NCBI GenBank assembly: GCA_041651155.1
Contig: JBAZJU010000004.1
Location: forward strand, 39,427 to 103,426
Direction of reading: 5' to 3'
Source: Patescibacteria group bacterium
Lineage (GTDB): Bacteria > Patescibacteriota > Patescibacteriia > CAIXNZ01
Length of the DNA stretch: 64,000 bases
Part shown: in pieces, positions 8,347 through 17,400 of the stretch
Position numbering within the stretch: the stretch's first letter is position 1
Layout: every line of letters starts with the position of its first letter
The notes under the pieces: model-generated
What the model was told of the DNA's origin: nothing
Seen by the model: the letters and a program-made list of their open reading frames with translations, nothing else
The model's database searches: none
Made by a program: the position numbers and the translations under genes

Positions 8347-9007
8347 AGTTTGGATAATTATTCCAGCCCACAATGAACAAGAAAATATTTTTGGTGTAAT
8401 TAAAAGCGTTCAAGAATTAACGCCCAATATTGTAATTGTAAATGATGCCTCAACCGACAGGACAGGGGATATTGTTAAGGCTTTAAATTGCTATATGTTA
8501 GAACACATGGTAAATCGCGGCCAAGGCGCGGCTTTGCAGACCGGCACGGAGTTTGCTCTAGCCAATGGCGCTGAGATAATTGTGCATTTTGACGCTGACG
8601 GCCAGATGCAGGCCAAGGATATTTACCGCATCATTAATCCAATTTTAGACAGGCAGGCTGAGATTGTATTTGGCACGCGTTTTTTAGGAAAAAAATCAAA
8701 AATGCCCTGGACAAAAAAATATTTCATACTAAAACCGGCCATAATTTTCAACTGGTTTTTTACGGGAATTAAATTAAGCGATGCGCACAATGGCTTTCGC
8801 GCGCTTTCCAGAAAAGCAGCTGAAACGATTAAAATTACTCAGGATAACATGGCTCATGCCACGGAAATTTTAGATCAGGTCAGAGCGCATGATTTAAATT
8901 ACACTGAAGTGCCGGTAGAAATTGTTTACAATCAGTATGGTCAGAAATTTACTAGTGGTTTTAAAATTATCCGTGATTTAATTTTTGCGAAAATATTTGG
9001 AAAATGA
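8333..9007 (+). CDS. Family 2 glycosyltransferase (Dpm1-like)
   Basis: IIIPAHNE...VNDASTDRT GT2 N-terminal signature. ATG at 8333 overlaps the end of the epimerase gene. Confidence 0.75.
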   Translation: MIDNKVWIIIPAHNEQENIFGVIKSVQELTPNIVIVNDASTDRTGDIVKALNCYMLEHMVNRGQGAALQTGTEFALANGAEIIVHFDADGQMQAKDIYRIINPILDRQAEIVFGTRFLGKKSKMPWTKKYFILKPAIIFNWFFTGIKLSDAHNGFRALSRKAAETIKITQDNMAHATEILDQVRAHDLNYTEVPVEIVYNQYGQKFTSGFKIIRDLIFAKIFGK

Positions 9008-9086
9008 AAATTAATTTTTTAATTTCAAACTTAAATAAAAAATTTAATCCTTAATTATCTAGTTTCTAATTTCTTATTTCAAACCC

Positions 9087-9428
9087 ATGATTATTCAGAT
9101 ATTTTTAATCCTCTTTATAATTTACGTGGTGATTAAAGTCGCGCTTCGGTACCGCGATAAAATAATTTCTCTGCAGGAATTTGTGCTCTGGACGATTTTT
9201 TGGTTTTTGGTCGGTTTTGTGGTAATTTTGCCTGATACAACTTCAATGGTGGCCAATATAGTCGGTGTCGGACGCGGTGTGGATTTAGTGACTTACATTT
9301 CCATCCTTATTCTTTTTTATCTAGTCTTCAGGATATTGGTGCGAATGGATAAAATTGATAAAGATGTGACTAAGATTGTGCGCAAAATCGCCTTGGGATC
9401 CAAAGATGAGGAAGATGAGCAATCTTAG
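9087..9428 (+). CDS. Small integral membrane protein (GT-associated, DUF2304-like)
   Basis: 113 aa with 3-4 predicted TM helices, directly downstream of the GT2 gene. Confidence 0.45.
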   Translation: MIIQIFLILFIIYVVIKVALRYRDKIISLQEFVLWTIFWFLVGFVVILPDTTSMVANIVGVGRGVDLVTYISILILFYLVFRILVRMDKIDKDVTKIVRKIALGSKDEEDEQS

Positions 9429-9511
9429 AAAAACAAAAATCAAAATCCAAAAAACAAAACAATTTCAAAATTCAAAAGACAAAATAAATTCTAAATTCAA
9501 ATGACAAATGA

Positions 9512-9537
9512 CCTGCCTTCGCCAAGGCTACGGCAGG
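9512..9537 (+). repeat. REP-like element, instance 5 (degenerate): cctgcc-TTCG-ccaagg-CTAC-ggcagg
   Basis: Same TTCG/CTAC internal-loop architecture, about 35 nt upstream of ksgA. A GC-rich cctgcc/ggcagg stem also occurs at 53076-53118. Confidence 0.35.
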
Positions 9538-9570
9538 CAGGCAAATAATGAATATTAAAATTATTTAGGC

Positions 9571-10440
9571 ATGACAATAAATGAAATTAAATATCTTTTA
9601 GAACAATATGGAATTAGACCGAGCAAAAGCAAGGGGCAAAATTTTTTAATCAATAAAGAGATCTTAAAAAAAATTGTTGCAGCAGCTGATTTGAAAAATG
9701 ATGATAATGTCTTGGAAATTGGCCCGGGTCTGGGAATTTTAACTGAAGATTTAATCAAAAATTCAAAAAAAGTTTTAAGTGTAGAATTAGACAAGCGTCT
9801 AATCTTTTTTTTAAAGCAAAAATTTGCTCATCAGAAAAATTTGGAAATTTTTGAAGGTGATATTTTGAGGATTAAAAACAGCCAAATAGCAAACCTGCTT
9901 GATTGCCAAAAGGCTGGTTACAAAGTAGTGGCGAATTTGCCCTATAATATCACAAAACCGGTTTTGCGAAAATTTTTAACTTATGAGCCGAGGCCAAAAC
10001 TAATGGTTGTTCTGGTGCAAAAAGAGGTAGCCCAAAAAATCACAGCCAAGCCAGGGGAGATGAGCCTTTTAAGCTTATCAGTGCAACTTTATGGCCAGCC
10101 AGAAATAATTGGCTATGTTGGCAAGGAAAATTTTTATCCCCAGCCAAAGGTAGATAGTGCGATTTTAAAAATTGTGTTTTGGCCGCAAAATTTGGCGCCG
10201 GAAATAAGCCAAATTTTAGACAAAAACATGCAATTTGCAGCCAATAAGTTCTGGCAAATGGTAAAATTTGGCTTTAGTTCGCCAAGAAAACAGTTGCAGA
10301 ATAATTTATCAGCCGGTTTTAAGATACCTAAAGATGAAGTCATTTTGAGGTTAAAAACAGCTAAGTTAAGTGCAAAAATCAGGGCTCAAGACCTGGCTTT
10401 GAGTGATTGGCTCAACCTTTATCAGAAATTTGTAGTTTAA
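9571..10440 (+). CDS. rsmA: 16S rRNA (adenine1518/1519-N6)-dimethyltransferase
   Basis: KSKGQNFL N-terminal motif, LEIGPGLGILT SAM-binding motif, 289 aa. Confidence 0.85.
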   Translation: MTINEIKYLLEQYGIRPSKSKGQNFLINKEILKKIVAAADLKNDDNVLEIGPGLGILTEDLIKNSKKVLSVELDKRLIFFLKQKFAHQKNLEIFEGDILRIKNSQIANLLDCQKAGYKVVANLPYNITKPVLRKFLTYEPRPKLMVVLVQKEVAQKITAKPGEMSLLSLSVQLYGQPEIIGYVGKENFYPQPKVDSAILKIVFWPQNLAPEISQILDKNMQFAANKFWQMVKFGFSSPRKQLQNNLSAGFKIPKDEVILRLKTAKLSAKIRAQDLALSDWLNLYQKFVV

Positions 10441-10520
10441 AGAAGCTTTTTGTGTTATAATTATATTCAGAGATCTGAGAGAAAGGCCCAGGAAGTTTTA
10501 AAATTTAAAAGATAAATATA

Positions 10521-11375
10521 ATGGCCTTTGGTAAAGAAAAAATTAAAGAATTTCTTGAGGGAAAAACTGAAAAAATAAGTGAAAAAATTGAAAAGACTCC
10601 CATTGACAAGTTCTTCCTGTTTTTTTTGATTTTAATTACAATTTCAGCCCTAGTTTTGGGTTACCTGCAGTTTAAGAAAAATCTGGAGTCGCCTTTAGCA
10701 GACAGTTATTTAAGGGAAAAAAGAGGCCAGCTAAGGGACCAGTATGGTTTGCTTAATTTAATTAATGGCAATGAAAATACCAACCAAAATTTAAGCCAGG
10801 CAGATATTGATAAATTAAAAAGCCAGGATAGTGATTTGGACGGCCTGAATGATTATGAAGAAATATATATTTACCATACCAATGCTTATAACGAAGACAC
10901 TGATGGAGATGGCCTTAGCGATAAGCAGGAAGTTTTAAATAACACTGATCCTAATTGCGCCCAAGGCCAGGATTGCACTGCCTTACAAACAGCAGGCACT
11001 GTTACTTCTGCAGGGGATAATATAAATACAAATCAAGACTCGTCTGCCAGCCAGCCAGATTTAGCAAGCCTGGATCAGAATGCAATTTTAAATTTGGAAA
11101 CCCAGCTTTTATCAGGCGAAATTACTTTGCAGGATTTGGGCATTGATGACCCTGAATTGCAAAATACTTTTGATCAGATTAGAAACGGGCAAGCCACTGA
11201 TTTGAGCCAACTGCAGCCAGAGGAAAAGAGCGCGGCAATTGAGACTTTAAAAAATTTAACTCCGCAGCAAATCAGAGATGAATTGATCAAGCAAGGAATG
11301 TCTGAGGCTGATTTGGATAAAATAGATGATCAGACTTTGCAAAAAGTATTTTTGGACACAATAGGCAAATATTAA
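10521..11375 (+). CDS. Membrane-anchored protein with calcium-binding-like DxDxDG repeats (thrombospondin type 3-like)
   Basis: N-terminal TM segment, DSDLDGLNDYEE and DTDGDGLSDKQE motifs, acidic Gln-rich tail. Confidence 0.5.
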   Translation: MAFGKEKIKEFLEGKTEKISEKIEKTPIDKFFLFFLILITISALVLGYLQFKKNLESPLADSYLREKRGQLRDQYGLLNLINGNENTNQNLSQADIDKLKSQDSDLDGLNDYEEIYIYHTNAYNEDTDGDGLSDKQEVLNNTDPNCAQGQDCTALQTAGTVTSAGDNINTNQDSSASQPDLASLDQNAILNLETQLLSGEITLQDLGIDDPELQNTFDQIRNGQATDLSQLQPEEKSAAIETLKNLTPQQIRDELIKQGMSEADLDKIDDQTLQKVFLDTIGKY

Positions 11376-11410
11376 AAATTTTAAATAGAAAAATAAAAAG
11401 CCTTTTGACC

Positions 11411-14400
11411 ATGCAAAAGACAAAAAAAACAAAATTGCGTAAAGTAATAATCGGGTTTATTGCCGTATTTTTTGTTGTAAATAGTTTCAGCGCAATATTG
11501 ATTTTTAATGTTGAACAGGCAAGCGCTCAAGATAAGGCGGGGTCTGAAGTGGGAGTGACAGCAGGCATACCGGTTACAAATCAGGCATATGCAATAGAAA
11601 GATTTTTGGGCAGTGTAACTGATGAACTAAAAGCAGTGTTTTTCAAAAATATTTTAGGCAATTTGCTTAATAAAATCGCTTCCCAGACAGCTACTTGGAT
11701 TGCCACAGGCGCCAAAGGCAAAGGCCCATACTGGATTACCAATCTAAAGCAATTTACCACTGATTATGCTCAAGGCGCGATCACTGATATGGTCGTTGAA
11801 TCCATTAAGAATGTGACGGGCATAAATATCTGCGAATTTGATCCGCGCATGGCTATTGATTTAGCCCTGCAAATTCCCATGTTCCCGGAATATAAAGGTT
11901 ATCAGCCTAATTGCGATTACACAAAATTAAAAAATCATTGGGATGAAATCGGCAAGTCAAATTTGCTGACTTTTAATTATAGCATTACTGCCGGCGGAGA
12001 ATTTCAGAAAAATTCAGCTCAGCTTTCCAATTCAGTAAGCGTTGACAGGACTTTGTTGGTCTGGGATAAATCATTACTGCAATATCTTTTAAAACTGTCT
12101 CCTTGTGAGCCAAGCGGCATTGGCGAAATTACCTGCGTTGCTCCTGGAATGACTGAGAATCCAGAACAATATATTAAGTCCCAATTGCAGCAAATAGCTG
12201 ATGCTTTGGATACTTTAACTGGCAAATTAGCTTCTGATGTTGAGCTGATGACTAAAAATGCCCAATTAAATACGCCTGTGCAATTATATGTCGGTTCTTT
12301 TATTATCCAGCCGGAAAGAATAAATGACATTAAAGATGCCTGGAATAAAGAAATGGATATATGGGTGACCAAGGCTAATAAAATTAATGATCAATTCAGC
12401 AAATGCCAGAATAAAACCAGGGAGCAGCTTTTAGCTGATCCTAATTGCGTTTCTGTCTTGATTGAATTAGGGTTTGGAGCTTTAGATGTGCCTGGTGCGC
12501 AGTCATCTGTGCTTGTGCCAGATCCTGCGGCACAAACCGAATGCCAAATAATTGCTGGTTGTATGAAAGCTGATGATTGCGCAAATATCCCTGCTTGCAC
12601 AGGCGGTGATCCAATATGCCCGCCAGAATGTACTCAAGCAGATTGCAAAGAAACGCCAAAGCCATTGGGATGTATAAGGACTCAAAATTGCCAGGATTGC
12701 CTGGATAATATTGACGATTGCAGTAAGGTTCCTGCACGATGCAAAATAAGCGGATCTCAGGCTGTTAATACTTTCCAGAGCGAAGTAACAGCCAAAACAA
12801 CTTATGTCGCGGCCACAGCCACTTCTTTGATTAGCGGTTTTAATTATTTGAAAACTCAGATGAATGACAATCTCAACCCTGCCAATTTTGAAGGCGGGGC
12901 AGCTTACAGCGCTAAATTAGCCCAGGGACTTTTTGATCCTCAGGCCAACCAGTTTAATACCTATAAAACTTTATATGAGCAAATGGCCAAGGAAGGTTTA
13001 GGGACATTTGCCGAAAAGCAATTGCAGGCTACGGTTAATCAAGGCTGGAAAAATGCAGAGGACAAAATTTCCGGTTATATTAATACGCCGGCAGAACTTT
13101 TAAAAGCCAAGGCAGTTGAGGATTTGACCAAAAATGATACTTCATTAACCTATACCAAAAGCATAATCGCTGATTCTTTGGGTGTATTTTTAAAAACTTT
13201 GTGGAATAAATATATGCAAAAGCTTTTGAGTTCGCTTTCAAATTCCCACCAAGAACAAAACACCCAGCAATCTTTGGCAGCTCTTTCCGGAACGTCTGTG
13301 ACTGCGCCCCAATCATCAAGCGATCAATATACGCAAAGGATTATAAGCGCCCAGGGAGTGGAAAATTATATTACCAAATTAGCCCAGCAGTTTACAGTTA
13401 ATTTTTCATTTAAAGATGTGGATCTTTTAAGCGCCTTCCAGACAAATTTAAGCGGCGAAGTTAATCCGGATCTTTATAATAATGTCATTGATCAGAATTT
13501 AGCCCAGGCTATCAATGATAAATTAACCATCAAAGAGGCTCTGGCTCAAAATAAATTAATCGGCACATATACATTTTCCTGGAATGAAAAAGCAGATTTG
13601 GGGACATATAACTTAGCTAATCTGAAGAAATTAAGAAAAGCGCGCGTTATCCCTCTGGGTTTGGAATTAGCCGCTGAATTAGTCAGGGATTGCAATTATC
13701 GCCAAGATTTGGGGGCTGATTATGCGCAATATAAAGATTTAGATTTTGATGATACGAATTTTTCCAATGCTTCATTGCAGGGCTATAGCAATACAGCAGA
13801 TCCTTTAAAATACCAAAGGTTAAGAAATTGTTTATTTAAGCCTTTGACAGAAAGTACTTCAGATGCGGCTGCGGTCAGGAATTATAACAGTAAACGATTA
13901 AATGAATCAGTTAAGGCAACTTTGGCTGAGGTGGTCTCTGGGTTTGATAAGTCTGGGACAGGCGCTTGCGGCGGCAATGATTTAGATGAAGAGGAGTCTC
14001 CTTTCTGCAATTTAGTCAATCCCAACTGGGTTTTAAAATTGCCAGTGACTAAATGTTCCCTGCCGACTGAGGCTGAGCCATATGGTGAGATATTGCAATC
14101 AAATAATGATGTCTCACGCTATTCCCATTGTCCGGATTTTGCCAGCTGTTTGCAGGACGATGGCAAAGGCGGCTGTGTCGGTGAAAATTATGGCTTCTGC
14201 GTGAAGGAAAAAAACGTCTGGCAATTCAATGTCAATACTTGCCCGGCTGACTTTAATAGCTGTCAGACTTTTAAAACAGATAAGTCAGATAACGCCAGCC
14301 TGGTTTCATATTTAAAAAATACCTTAAGCGGCAGTGATGTTTGCAGTGCGGCCAATGCCGGTTGCACTTCGTATTTAACTAAAACAGATCAGGCCAGCGC

Positions 14401-17400
14401 CTGGAAAGATCCATTTGTAATTTATAAAAACAGACAGGACTGTGAAACGGCTGGTTTTGGCTGGTTAGCTGAGCAAAATGTTTGCGATCCGTCTAGGATC
14501 TATCTGAATAGAAATGTTAATAGCTGCGTAGTAGCTGATGAAGGCTGCCATGAATTTATGTATTACCGCAATCCGACGAATAATTTACTGCCTGATTCCA
14601 GTTTTGAATTCGCCCAGGATAATACTTTTCCGGCTCATTGGGATTTACTCCTGCAAAGCGAGGTTAGCCAGGATATTTGTACTAATTTGAATGACCCAGC
14701 GAAAAATGTAGGCTGTCAAAGAGAAGGCAATTGCGGATATATCAAAACTTGTTTGAATTATAATTATAAGGATAAAGCTTTGTGCTCAGAAAATAACGGG
14801 CAGTGGTTTCCTGGCGGGTTTTGCAGTGATGGCTCAAGCCCTGATCAAGCTGCTTGCGCTGCTAATTCTGGCCAGTGGTTATATTGCGTTGGTGGCATCA
14901 AGGCCAATGCTGAAAAAAATGATTGTGCCAATAATGCCGGCCAGTTCAGGGAGTATTGTTTAACCAGTTTATTAAAATATAATCTTTGCTCAAATCCTCA
15001 ATATGATAACCAAGCTGCCTGCACAAGTCAGAATGGCACCTGGCATGAAGAATGCCAAAAAGGAGGCCAGGTCGTTACTAATTTGCTGAGACAAGATGAC
15101 TGCGAAGATCCAAATAACGGCGGAACCTGGGTGAGTTTTTGCCAAGGCGCGCAATTATATAATTCCACTAAAGCGCAGTGTCAAAAACTTTTAGGCGCCT
15201 GGCAAGGCGAAGGGCCTTTTACAAGTTTGGGCAGCGTTTCTAAAAATGGCAATGATACCGAGCAAGGCCTGGGCAAATTGCAGATTAATATCGGCAGCCT
15301 GACAGCTGGCCAGGAATTAAGATTAATTTACAAAAATAGCTTTAGCGATACTAGTAAAGTCTTAACCAAAGCAGGTGATGTGTATACCGCTTCAGTTTAC
15401 ATTAAATCCGATCAGGCTTTAAGTTCTCCGATAATATTTAGCTTAATCGGCGGTCAAGGTGAAAGCGAAATTAGCAGTAATAGTATAACCGTTGGGCAAT
15501 CATATGAGCAGGTTAGCAGTACGCTAATTACTTCCAGTCCGGGCAATGATTTAGAGTTGCGTATAAATTTACCAGCGGAACAAACCGGCGCAAATATCTT
15601 TATTGATACTGCTTCCTTGATAATGAATTCACTGGATCAGGTTCGCAGTTATGATTTTGTCCAGTCTTACCAGGATTATGACCTGAATAGCAAGGTTTAT
15701 TATAAAAAACCTGCAGAAAATTTATCTTGCCATGGTTACGGGCCGAATGATCCTCCTCCAAAATTAGAATCAAACGGCTGTTCTGATAATGGCCAAACTT
15801 ATTGTGAAAATACATGCAACGGCTATTGGGATGGAACCAATATTTATTCCACTGCCAAGTTCTGCTATCAGTACGCGCCAGACAATCCTTCATGCAGTAA
15901 TTTTATGAAAATGTGCGAGCCAGAAGAAGTCGGCTGCCAAATGTATACGCCTGTAAATGGCGATCCGTCTATCCCAGGCGTGGTTAGTTTGACTGACTAT
16001 TGTCCGGCTGAATGCGTTGGCTTCCAAACATATAAGCAAGATCCGACATTGTATGAGCCAGAACCCGATCCTTTATTTAATAATTTTATTTCCGAAACTG
16101 CAACAAGTTGTACTTTGGATGAAGTCGGTTGTTCGCAATTTACAAACTTAGACTCTGTAGCTCAAGGCGGAGAGGGCATTGAATATTATTCTTACATCAG
16201 GCAGTGTATTAAGCCAAATCTAGGTTTGGGCGAAAAGACCTTTTTCACCTGGCAAAGCTCAGCCAGCGGGCCGCCTCAATTAGTAAAATACCAATACCAA
16301 AGCGATAAAATAACAGGTGCGCCGAAAACCATTGATAATTCCGGCGATTGCACAATATCATTGGGCGCAGAAGATTTTAATTGCATTAAATTTTTTGACA
16401 GCGCAGGCATAGAATATTACCGCGATAATCGAAAAACTATTACAGTGGCTGATGATTGCCATCCCTACAGAAAGACAGAATCTACACAGGCTAATTGTGT
16501 GGCAACCAATGGACGCTGGCAAGCCGACATTAATGCCTGCCTTTATGATGCGATCCCAAGTGAAGGCTTAGCTTGCAGCGCAGCCTCTAATAATTGCCGG
16601 GCTTATGTGGGTAATCGCGGCAATAATGTATATTTCCAGATTTATGATACTTTTGAAAATGGCCAGATATCAGATTGGTTTACCGGAACTGACGGGACTG
16701 GTACAGAAGGTTTGTTGCCCTCAAGCGAATCTTTAGTTCTGGGCGGACATTCATTGTCTGTTGCAAATTCAGTCAGGGAAATTCATAAATCTGTGAGTCT
16801 GGCCAAAGGCAATTTATACACTTTGTCTTTTTGGGCGAAAACTGACAATTCCGCCGGCAATAATATAGGTGTAAAATTTAATGCGGGTCAGGCTAAATCT
16901 TTTGCCGCGGTTGATGATAAAAAAGTTGCTTTAACAACTAATTGGAAAAATTATAATTTAGGCCCGATTCTAATTGACTGGGATCCAAGCGGCAATGACA
17001 GTTTAAATTTTAGCGGCTTAAACAGCAAAATTTATCTGGACAATATAGTTTTGAAAGTCGTTAAAGATAATGTTTATGTGGTCAAAAATAGTTGGAATAC
17101 GCCTGATTCTTGCAACCAAAATTTCTTTGGGGCAAAGGCAGCTTCTGATGAAATTCCGCCAATGCTTGGTTGCCAGGCTTATACTGATACTTTAGGCCAA
17201 ACGCATAATCTCAAATCATTCACCAGCTTATGCCGTTCAAGCGCGGTCGGTTGCCAGCTGCTGATAGATACGCAAAATTCAACAAGTCCAAATCAGCAGA
17301 TATTTAATGGTGATAATGCTTCTTATCTTGATGATTATACTGTTTCCCAAGATCAATTGGCTGCCTATATTCTGAATGATAGTAATCGTTGCACTGCTGA

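Noticed and set aside
9430-9510. A-rich caaaat/acaaaa low-complexity tracts (also at 43205-43300, 44730-44830 and 9010-9085)
   Set aside because: Simple AT-rich microsatellite-like sequence typical of the intergenic DNA here. It has no defined repeat unit or structure, so it is not called as a feature.
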